DNA of 64,000 nt, taken from Podarcis bocagei (Eukaryota). Where the stretch lies: NCBI GenBank assembly GCA_964188305.1, contig OZ076885.1; one strand, given 5' to 3'. The notes under the pieces are model-generated. The model was not told the origin of the DNA and searched no databases. It saw nothing but the letters and a program-made list of their open reading frames with translations. Shown piece after piece: positions 35,648-47,600 of the stretch (positions are counted from its first letter, which is position 1; each line of letters starts with the position of its first letter). Both the position numbers and the translations under genes were made by a program.

Positions 35648-38600
35648 TCAGTCCAATTCCAAGTCAGAGTCAGATGATAACCTCTCCTCAGATATCTGAT
35701 GGACAGCATCCTCCAAGGAGGTTACATTGAGAGAGGTTAAATTGCCATCTGGATTGACCCCCATTGGTTGGATGACTCGTTGTCTGCAATGGAAAGGAGA
35801 AATAGCACAGTCAAGAGAGGGGCTCCTCATGATAACATTCTTAGAGAAACCATCAAGGGGAAGCCTACATTAAGGACAGACCAGTAGTATGCCCACTTTG
35901 AGAAATGTAATTCATTTGTTGATCCTAGCAGAAATAGTATAAAATAGCCATACATACCACCACCAGTAAAAACAGCCCCAACCCTCCCTCAGTTTGGCAT
36001 CTGGTACATGTGCTGGCACTGCTTTGCTCACATCCAGAATATAAATATTCACACCATGGACAAATGCTATTTGCTCAACTACATATGTTGCTCTATTAAC
36101 ATTTCTAGAAGAGAATTTGAAGCTTTCGGATGAGATTCAATTACTAATGGTTTTATATGACAATCTACAGTAACCCAACAATCTACAGATCATCAGGTTG
36201 TGAGGCAGATTTCTTTTCAGGCACCTAAGATTGGAGATTGTAGGAACTGAATCTGGTGCCATTGGCAAAGCATGTGCTCAGTCACTGAGCTACCTTTAAG
36301 GATCAAGTGGAATGACTTTTCCACTGCTTTTCTATCTCCTAGGCCCTTTTAGTCCATCAAGGGAACTTGGTCAGTGGATTCCAAATATGAAAAACATTTT
36401 TCAGTCATAAATATTCTTCAGGAGAAACTACTAAGCAACAACAAATGAATCCAATCAGAATGTAGATTTCTTAATCCCATTTAATCAAATGTAAATGAAA
36501 TACTGTATAATCAGTGTGTCAAATCTAAGAGTGTTGTTTAGATTTCTTGGGTAGAGAGGATGTAATCTCCATATTTGGCCAGAAAGCAGTTTTTCATGCT
36601 CAGAAACCTGAACAGAACTGCCTACATTCTGACTGAAATCATTTTATATGATGAACCATTTCCACTGAAAGGAAAAATATTTTTTTGTTTGAAACTCAGT
36701 GGGAAATGTGGAGACTAGCTTGCTAATGAAGGCTTTTCCTTCATTTTACGGTGCACTGGAGCTCTATTTTTGGCTTCATCGCTAGTTAAAGGGCACATTA
36801 GCCATGCACCAAATGCTAATTATCAGCCTTTCTGAACCTTCATGACATACATCCTGGAAAAGTATAAGGGTGTGATTTTCAGAGAAGTTAAGGTCCAAAT
36901 GCAAGTTTGTAACAATGCTAAAATTACACTGGAAACCCAGGAAGTGATTGCTCCAAAATCTTTCTCCGCTAATCTAGCTGGAAAATGCCTCAGGGGTCCT
37001 TCTGATTAGGCCATGTCAGCAGCAAAAGAAAGTGACATTGTAGTGGAAATACCATTAATGAAATGCTCAGACTAGCATTTCTGTCTGTCTAATGCACACT
37101 GGAAACATGGGGCATCTGCATAAAAAGACTGGCGGCTGCTCAGCAAGATGTCATTTGAACTCCTTAGGTAGATCCTGGACTCCTGCCCGCAGTACTCTTA
37201 AATGATGTATGAACAACTACTGTAGAGTGAATGCCTGCTGGGAAGGAGAATGGGTGGCATTAGCTGCCATCTGCCTTTGCAATAGTACTTCCTACTAGCA
37301 GCTAGCTAGAGTTATCACTACATAGCCTGCAGAATGAACTTTGTGGAGATGACATTCAAATGTATACTGTAGGTAAGTGGTGTGCAATCCCCCAGGGTGC
37401 AGATTTCCATTATTCCCAGTCATTACACCCAGTTTATCCAAGGTGTTCATTTTCCAGCACAGATGAACCTAGAGCACTGTTTTTGGGTTCCACTTCCCCC
37501 TCAGGATTCTAGAAAATTTCTGCTTTAATATTATAACAAATATTTCCAATCCTCACTGTTGAGGAAGAAACTTAATGATACATGGTCAACATTTTCCAAG
37601 CCCTGCTACTCTAGTTCCAGTAGTCAAAAGGCCAGAATACCAGCACCCTTTTGGTATGGTCACCTGTCATTGCCTTCCTGTTGCTTGCCAAAAGTTCAAT
37701 ATAATTCTCCTAGTCCACTAGCAGTTACAAAACAGTCTAAATGTTTTTTTTTAAATGAGATGCACACTATTTCATTCCAGCAACCACATTTGAAGCCAAT
37801 GAGTAAAGCCCTACTGTCACCAAATGATGGAGATCCAGTGTAGCTGTTGGTTACCATGAGAGAGGAGGGAAAGGCAACAGGGAGCTTGACACAGTGCATG
37901 GATTGGCACCCACACTGTGCTGAGCTCCCTGCTGCCATGCCCTCCCTCCACCTCTTAGTAACTCACAGTGATGCACAACATTGAGAAGCCAAGAGAGCAA
38001 TGCTACCCCATCAGCCACCACTGATGGCAGGGCAGTACTTCACTCCTTTGATTCTTTCAATTGGTTCCACTTCATTCCCATTCAGTGACTGTTAACACAT
38101 AATGGCTTAATGGACAAAATCATATTGATATCCTGTGCTACCAAACAGGCTCATGGCTGTTTTCAATGGCCTTTCTTGATGTTAATAGTCCTCTTTCCTA
38201 GGAGCTCACAATCTAAGACAGTCCAATGATTTGGAGGATAAAAGAGGTCAAATGTAGGTCAACAATTCAGAAATTATTCGTTTGAAGTCACCATGAGCTT
38301 GGAATTTCAGAACCTTCGATTTTAACTGGTTGACCTCTTTTAGCCTGCTCTTCAAACTGCTGACCCACTTCCCGATAAATCTTCTCATGGTACCTTGAAA
38401 GTTTGTCAAACATGTTCACCAGTTTCATTGCTTCAACCTCTTTCTGCTCATCTGTCATTCCCTCCATTGGGTTGGGAAGCTTTTCCTCCACACGTCCCGT
38501 TATAGGGTTAATGCTGTACGAGTCAGTCAAAACAACAACACACAGAAAGAAGGCAGAGCATGTTCATTTAAAAGGCAGATATATTGACCACTGGCATAAT

Positions 38601-41600
38601 GACTGTTGACTGTACCAGAGATGTAGCAAACATTCTTCAACACTACATGCTACCTAAGACCAAATACTACTAAAAAATTGAAAATGGCACAGGATTCTTG
38701 CTAGGGCAAGTGGCAATCCACCTACTGACATGCATGCCAGTTTTGATCCCCATTTGGACTGGTTATTGTGGAAGCAAGGGAAGAGGAGGTTAGCAGCCCA
38801 GCAATCTAGTGCTATAATTCACATGCCTATTACAGACATATACCTTTAACATGAGAATACAAGGTGCTTTTGTGTCTCTATCCCCAAAGTGTCCAGAATA
38901 GCACTCTTTACTCAGTTCAATTCAATCTTATCCCTCTCATTGTCCAGGTTCTAATCTTCACCCCTTTCCCAGTAGTGTTCACTTCTCCCTCCTCTTAATT
39001 TCAATAGTCCCTACTTTAATAAATTTTCTATATGTGCAAATGCATTCACATGTATCACAGTATAAATGATGAGCAGGGGAAAATGGGAAGGGGTAGCAGA
39101 AGGAAAGAAAATGGACATGGGATTGTGAAGTTTGTGCTAATAAAACAGTTAACCAAAGAAATCCGCAAGATGGATTTAATCATGAATGATGGATATTCTG
39201 TATATATTTGGAATAGAAGGGAGAATCATCTGCTAATGAAGGGGATGGGAGAGATGGGACAAGGGATAGGAAGAGAGAAAGCTACCAAGATAAATGGGAG
39301 TGGGGAGGAGTCAGAACCTCTTTCATGACATAAAAGCTTTCGTACATACAGCCACCTATAAATGGAGTTCAAAACAAAAGGTTTGTGATGCTCTGCAGCA
39401 GATTATAGGGGAAAGCTGTTGGTCTAGACATACAACTGTGAAGATGTGGCAGACAGTGAATAAGGTCATTAGGCATGGAAGCAGATAACTACAGCATTAA
39501 ACACAGGGAAATGAACATCATGCCAATAAGAACGTTGGAAAGAAAAAAATGAGTAATGGGTTGAGTGAGGAAAAGTTAACAAGAAAAGGACTTGTGCCAA
39601 AAGTAGAAGAAAGGGCAATACTTAAGGAAGCAATGCATACAAGGGGGTCCATACTTGGGTTTTGCCTCCTTGTATTCCTCTGTATCAGTGTCTTCATCCT
39701 CAGAGTATTCTCCTTCTGTCCGACCTCCTGTCATGAGGCCTCGGGCTGCCAGGAGCCCCGCAGCATTCCCATAACCCGTGTACTTCACAAACCGTGACAC
39801 TGTTGAAGAAAATAAAGGCAAAAGGGTCATATTCTTCTGCTGCTACAAAAACAATCTGGAAAAGACTGCTGAATTCAAATGATCATAAAACCGACCCTTG
39901 CTTATCGGACCACCTTTCAAGGAAATGATTTCTTGCAAGCCTCTCAAGTCTGTAAGTCACATTCAGAGCTGCTTCACTTCACCTCTTTTGCCTCTCACTC
40001 TCCGCCTGCCGTACAGGCCCAGGGAATCCCCTTACCCCTGTAGCAGCAGGGAACCCAGCTTCTTTGACCGTTAAATATATTTGTATTACTTTTACCTCAA
40101 GCAAATATAATATCCACACTAGAAGAAATGTGTGAAATGTCATATGGGACTGGTTGTAGGCATCTATGGGCTGGCGCATGTATTTGGAGGGAAACAGTCA
40201 CTTTGCAAAGGAAAAATATGGAAAACTGTTGCCGTTGTCCTAACATTCAGCAAAAAGAGTTACAGTGGTGCCCCGCAAGACGAACGCCTCGCAAGACGGA
40301 AAACCCGCTAGACGAAAGGGTTTTCCGTTTTGGAGGCGCTTCGCAAAACGAATTTCCCTATGGGCTTCCTTCGCAAGACGAAAGCCCATAGGGAAATCTC
40401 CGGGACAGCGGGGAAGCGCAGCGCTTCTTCCCCACTGTCCTCGGACCTCCTCCGAAGGCTGGCGGTGGGGCGGAAAGCCCTTCTCCCCGCGCCAGCCTTC
40501 GGAAGGCTCCTCCGAAGGCTGGCGGTGGGGCGGAAAGCCCTTCTCCCCGCGCCAGCCTTCGGAAGGCTCCTCCGAAGGCTGGCGGTGGGGCGGAAAGCCC
40601 TTCTCCCCACGCCAGTCTTTGGAAGGCTCCTCCGAAGGCTGGCGGTGGGGAGAAAAGCCCTTCTCCCCACGCCAGCCTTCGGAAGGCTCCTCCGAAGGCT
40701 GGCGGTGGGGCGGAAAGCCCTTCTCCCCGCGCCAGCCTTCGGAAGGCTCCTCCGAAGGCTGGCGGTGGGGCGGAAAGCCCTTCTCCCCACGCCAGCCTTC
40801 GGATGGCTGTCCTGAAGACTTGCGGTGGGAGGAGGGTTTTCCTTCCCACCGCCAACATTCAGAATGCTGTTCTGAATGTTGGCGGTGGGGAGGAAAAACC
40901 CTCCTCCCACCGCAAGCCCCGGGAACAGAGGAGAAGCGCTGCGCCCCTTCCCCTCTGTTCCCGTACCTGTCCTGAAGGCTTGCGGTGGGGAGAAAAGCCC
41001 TTCTCCGCACCGCCAGCCTGGCAAGCGGTTTCCATAGGAACGCATTAATTGATTTTCAATGCATTCCTATGGGAAACCGTGCTTCGCAAGACGAAAAACT
41101 CGCAAGAAGAAAAAAACTTGCGGAACGAATTAATTTCGTCTTGCGAGGCACCACTGTATTTAATTGTGAAGCGAGGCCCTTTGATTGAACTTGAGAGAGA
41201 ATATGTAAGTATGTGGCTATCAAAGCTTAAGTTTGGAATTCCTCCCTTTTTACAATGAATATTTTTCTTTCCTAAGTGTATCTCTAGTCAGTGAATGTTT
41301 AGGGTGAATTATTTGGTTCTGTTTCATTCCATCCTTACCCAGGCAATATGCAATTTTGCCTTATGACTCTTAAGTGAATTGCCTCAGCTCTTAGCAGCCA
41401 AGACACCATTAAAACATATTCTGCCTGTCTACCCCAGTGCTTTGAATCTTTCAGCAGATATGAAGTTGGATGGATCAGTCTATTCACTCAATTGCTTTTT
41501 CAGACAGTCAATGTTACAAGACATTGTAACATACAATGTCAGACATACAATGTTACAAGACAACCTTCACTAGGTGAAATAGAACATGGAAAGGCACACA

Positions 41601-44600
41601 CCACTCTCCTTGCAGAGAACAAAGAGGAATTCCGCAGCACAGTGCTTGACATCAGTGTCAATGTGAGTCATGAGGCGCACAAGCTTATTTCTCAACAAGT
41701 TCCCCACCTCCGGTCTATTTTTCACATCCCGCAGTGGAGGGAGTACCTGCAATCCGTTGGAAAGGGAAGAGTTATTTTAAAAGGCCTTCCTATTACGTTG
41801 GTAAATATTGCTCCAAAAGTGCCACTACATCTTTGCAGAAACCATCATGGTGACTTTTGCAACTTTTACATTAGGCAGACACATGACCACTCACACTCAT
41901 ATAGCAAGGGAGCACACAACTTCAAGGCATTTTTCAAAACAATAGGATCACACACAATCTTGGGAAACAATTTCAGTCTTTCTGCAGTATATATTTCCAG
42001 AATGATGGCACGGGTGGGGCTTGCCTTACATTTTTGCTGGATCAATGGAAGCATTATTGCTTAGGATCCTACGTAATTTAAATACGGTACCTTAGCTTTA
42101 AGGAATTTCCTGGTCTGCCGATGGGCTCGAGCACTCTCAGTCAGCAAGTTCAGCACAGGGGTCAGGCTCTCCTTAAGCTTGTGACCCTATAGAAGAGCCC
42201 ACAAAAAGAAGGTAATAATAATAATCACAGCCATGTTGTTTCCCATGTAGGGAAAAAATACATCAGAGTACATTTTTTTTATGGAAGGATCTAAAAACAT
42301 TAGTTTCCTTTCTCTGAAACAGAGCAGGTAAATGGCAGCTCAGCTGCAGGCAACATAATAATAAATCATCAGAGTAGATCAGGCACCCCCAACCTTTGGC
42401 CCATCCAGATGTTTTGGACTACAATTCCCATCATTCCTGACCACTAGTCCTGTTAGCTAGGGATCATGGGAGCTGTAGGCCAAAACATCTGGAGGGCCGC
42501 AGGTTGGGGATGCCTGGAGTAGATCATAGGCATAGCCAGAGAGGTGGGGGGGCAGCTGCCCTCCCCAATCAAGTAAATAAATAAATAAATAAATAGAAAT
42601 ACTTAACTGACCAATTGCATCGAAGATATATCTGTTCTTCCCCCCCCCAACATAAAGTCTCCCCCCCCCCCAAAAAAAAATCCTGGCTCCACCCATGGAG
42701 TAGATATACCTTATAACTCATCCCTTTTCTCAGATGAAACTTTATGGTATAAGAAATTCAGGGTACCCACCAAAACCTGTAACACTCTGTAGTTCCCCCC
42801 TTCCTCTCTAAGAAATATTACAGTGTATTTCATTGGCTGCATGAAAAGAATCTGAAGTAAATGTGGGTGTGAGGCAATGAGGAACTTTTCACCCACCCTG
42901 TCAAGACGTCGGTCAAGGAAATCCAGCAGAACATTCACAGCATCCATGTTGACTCCCATATATTCAAGCGAGCCCGGATGCACCTTGGGGGCCAGCAGGA
43001 CATCCAGACACTTGAGAGGCAGATTGCCCAGAAGGTTGACTGTGTGGCTGAACATGCAGTGCAAGACAAAATATGCAAAGGAAGTAGCCTCCACATCAAC
43101 AAGGAGCCATTTTGTTTTGTTGTTTAAAACCTGACAAAGATCTAGTTAATTTCCATTTTCAAGCACCACGGGAACAAGACCCAAAACTATCCTTTCCTTG
43201 GCATCGTGGCAAGACTATAAACACTCCTGAGAACATTTAACAATAGCATTTACTTCTCCCATGTACTGCCTCAATTTTCTCTTCCCTTCCTTTGATGTTT
43301 TCTGATGTCCATTTTTAGATTATATCAAACTAATTCTTTATAAAGTGCCATGTACTATATCATCATCAACAACAACAACCAGTAGCCAGTGGCGAAGCAA
43401 CATGTGGCAGCCCCCGGAGCGGAGAACAGGCGTGGGCGTGGCTGGTGCACGTCCCAGGGGCGTGGCGCGTCGCCTGCGGGGGCATGGTGCACATCCCAGG
43501 GTTGCGTGTCCTGGGAGGCAGTCACGATGGCACCCATTCCCCAAACAGTACCTGGTGCGGCACGCTGCCCCCCCCGTATGGAAGTGCAGGTAGCACTATA
43601 TCAATCGGTATCAGCAACTAAAGTTCTTAGGTACTAACTGTGTCAAATAGACCTGACCCCCAGATTCTTGACTACTCAAGCTGTATGGCGGTCATGATAA
43701 TGTTTTTTGTTCCCCCAGCCAATCCAAGTTTTTCACCAGGATAATCACCTGTGAAATTCTTCTGTCCGATCTTCACCATCTGCTGAAATCATCAGGCAGT
43801 GACGGAGGAGGGCACCCAAGCGTCGGTACAGAGCAGCATCTTCCTGGCCCCAAAACACAATGAAAAGCCTGATTATGAGAAAGGAACACATCTCTCTTGT
43901 GCACAGTCTGTTGGCAGCAAAAAGCTACGCTTTACAGTACGTTCTCAAAATGGAATGTAATTCTAGTCCAAAGAAAAACTGTGCCCAAGGAAACTAAAAA
44001 TGTGTGTAGCTGAATTACCCTGCTCAGAATACAGCCCTTAACAGAGTTCCTGGCACCATTTTGTGGAGAAATGTGGGCATAGTAACCAAAGTAGGGCTGA
44101 ATGAAGTAGTACGAGACTCCTTCATTCAGCATTTCTTTCTTCTCTTGACCCCTTAGCCTTCTCTCTGGGTGTCTTGATTATGCTCCCACAATTTTGTCTA
44201 AGCTGCATTCTTCCTTCTCTTTCCCCACAATGTAAAATTATGCAAAACAACAATTAAATTAGGCAGCAAGAATATAACGGTTAAATTAAATTAATTCATA
44301 CATACACAAACACGGCAAATTCCAATTTTTTTTTAAAAAAAATATCCAGTCATGGAATTTGGATTGTCTGGTTGCTGAATCTGGAATATTTTCTTAATGC
44401 AGAACTCCAGATGCAAATATTGTTTCCCTACAGAGGTATCTATATTTCTTCTGCCACACTTTACCCTCTCTTCTGCTGCTTCATGTTTCATTTATTTATA
44501 TTTTTAAAGGTTTATAAACTCACATCATAAAATATCAGAGCAGAATACATAAAACCCAAAGTAATTTTGTTGAGGATTTCTACAATTGAGCAGTATAATT

Positions 44601-47600
44601 TGGATGAAATAAATAAATAGTATAAACTAGACACCCAGAAATTATATCCTTCACAGGTCTCCCTGAGCTCACAGTTCATTACTAATCCAGAAAGTGAGAG
44701 AGACTCTGGATATTTTAAATAGCTTGATCTGGTAGGTTTTCATCCCGATTTAGTTAGTAAACAGACACTGGCAGTACCTTGCCAACACTGCTGCTTACAC
44801 CTCAACACCCACAATGCTAGGCTTTCTTTCTTGAGTTGTCATGCATTGCTGAAAAATAGATTCCACCAGATTGTAATATATCTGATTTTACCATGTTTTA
44901 GAACAGGTCTGTGGAAGCAAACATAACATAATTTTAGAAATGAATGTTTTCATTCATTTAGCCTTTCTTTTTTATTGGCTTCGAGTGTGCAGGAATTTGT
45001 GCTTTTCTATGTTGATAAATAGGCCTGTTTATAACAAGAGTCAGCCAGTGGGCATGAGCAGAATTGACCAAATATGTAGTAGGCGCTCCCACAAAACAAG
45101 TCAGAAATGCAGGGGGGTGGGGTGAACTAAGTCAGGCAACCTGCCCCCTTCCTTTCTTAAATGGTGTCTATAAGCACAGGAATCATGGATGAAAGAAACA
45201 GATACATAAAAACAGAAATACATCACAAAATTGAGCTACCAAAAGCTCTGAGTGTCTTACCTCATCTACCTCCCTCTTGCTGGTGTCAAATGTGATATTG
45301 AAGAGCACTTTCAGGATCTCCATGGCACGCTCCACCTCCTGCCGAGGTAAAGGAGCAGAAGGGTTCCCTTCAGCAGCTACCTCGTGAGGGTCTAGCCACT
45401 TGACTCCCAGGGTCAGTTCCAAGGTATCTGTCATCAGACCGATACCCCGGAGTTCCTGCGCAAGCTGCTGCCGGATGTCCACCCTCAATGCCGTCAGCAA
45501 GAAGAGAAGGCGCAAGTCAAAGAACTTTATATCGTGCGGGAGGTTTCTCTCGTTGTAGAGTTTGATGCGGTCTGTGAGGCCCACCACGAACCGGGCTTCG
45601 GAGGTCAGCTCCTGAGCCCGGGGACTGCTGAAGACAATGTTGCAGAGACACTTCAGTGCCTCCAGGATCACTTCAAGGTCTGGAACCTCCAGAATCTGCT
45701 CTTCTGCGTAATCAATCCCCGCGTGCCTGGCCAGCGTCTTCAGGCCTTCCATGGTTGTGAAAGGGCCAAGGCAGCTTTTGTCTCGGGACAGGATCCGTAT
45801 GCTTTCCAAACAGGTGACCTGGCAGGATGGCTGCAGCACCCTCTCCAGAAACTTGATCAGAAGCGCAGCCAGTTTCTGAAGAATTACAGAGGTGGCGGGT
45901 GGGAGAAGAAAACGAATAGTGAAGCAATAAACGTCTATGTGAAGAAAGAAAATTATGTCTGCGCTAGTGGATTGCACAGGTTCAACGAGCTACGTTGTAC
46001 CTCAAACCTGCACAACCCATCCAGTGCCTCGGGCCATATCCATCTTGGTCAGTCACTGCCAGTTTGGACCCCATTAGTACATCTGTGACACATGTTAATA
46101 TACTGTACCACTTATTATTTGACTGTAGAACAGTTTATAATTTTTAAATATAGTTAAAATAAATGAGGCTTTTTTTGCCTAAATGTGCACTGCTCTACAC
46201 TTGCTTATATTGGGCAGGTTAAAAATTTAATAATAAAAACAGCAGCAGCAGCAACTGCATTTGCAATTTTAATGACAAGTTCCCTGCAATTTGCAGATAT
46301 GCCTTTGGGACTCCTCTCAAAACCTCTGGCGTTGGTGGCAACATTCTAACTCTAGGTTATTAATGAGCAAGTTTAAAAAAGCAGGTTTAAAAATGATCCT
46401 TAAGAGGATTCCACTTTCTATACACACACCCTCATTGGTTTTAGTGATATGTAGTTCTTTGCTTTCTGCAGGCCACAATAAAGCAGCAAAATGATGCAAA
46501 AGTGAGTGGAGTAGTGCCATGGTGGACCTTCAGTGAAAACAGATACAGTATTTAAAAATAGGCACATTTGTAGTTTCATAGGTTTCCTCTCTTTCTCTCT
46601 CTCGTCTTCTCTTTGTATCCTTTTATTCTGCAACAGGTAAGGTAAAGGGACCCCTGACCATTAGGTCCATTCGTGGACGACTCTGGGGTTGCAGCGCTCA
46701 TCTTGCTTTACTGGCTCAGGGAGCTGGCGTACAGCTTCCGGGTCATGTGGCCAGCATGACTAAGCCGCTTCTTGCGAACCAAAGCAGCACACGGAAATGC
46801 CGTTCACCTTCCTGCCAGAGTGGTACCTATTTATCTACTTGCACTTTCATGCTTTCGAACTGCTAGGTTGGCAGGAGCAGGGACCGAGCAACAGGAGCTC
46901 AACCCGTCACGAGGGATTCTAACAACCGACCTTCTGATCGGCAAGCCCTAGGCTCTGTAGTTTAACCCACAGCGCCACCTGCGTCCCTTTCCGAAGCAGG
47001 CTATGGGTCAATTTAATCCAAATTCAGTAAAGGTACAGAGGTGTATCTATTTTTGGAGCATTATCAGCACTTGTTTAAATGCCTTTTTAACTGATGCTAG
47101 TGAACAGGACTGCTTATGGAAAGAACTATTGTTCTCCTCAAAGACTGGTGGCTTATTTCTGTCAGAGTTCAAATCCAGAGAAGAGAAACTGAAAACAGCT
47201 GTGGGGTGGGAGAAGAGAACAAGTCACAGTAGCTTTCTGCCCTGAAAGTGAATGCAATAAAGATATCTGCATAGTCACTGTATGCAGTTACATCTTGGAT
47301 GATCCCCCTTTTCTTTCTGCAATTTGGCTATGCAGTAAAACTCAAGGAAGCTTCCTTGAACAGATAAAATTATACTAGCTGGTGCACCTACTGAAAATGT
47401 GCCTGCCAATGTATGACCCTATTTATTAAATTTATATCATGCCTTTCCACATAATGACGCCCAAGTTGCCCAATATCAAGTAAAATAAAAATACAACATA
47501 AAATAATCCCATGCACATAAAATACCTATAAAGCAAGCAGGTAAAAAACATGTCAATAAAACTGCCAGTTAAAAACAGCAACGGTACTTTTTATTATCTA

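Noticed and set aside
40441-40800. Possible CRISPR-like array of palindromic repeats
   Set aside because: Units are near-identical over their full length with no unique spacers, there are no cas genes, and the context is eukaryotic intronic.
40240-41048. Several long overlapping repetitive ORFs (up to 256 aa) on both strands
   Set aside because: They are a by-product of a stop-free, GC-rich 60-bp (20-codon) tandem repeat within a MITE; no splice or protein-family support.
45534-46088. 184-aa plus-strand ORF (also 41492-42064, 190 aa)
   Set aside because: Antisense shadows of RIC8A exons with no independent support.
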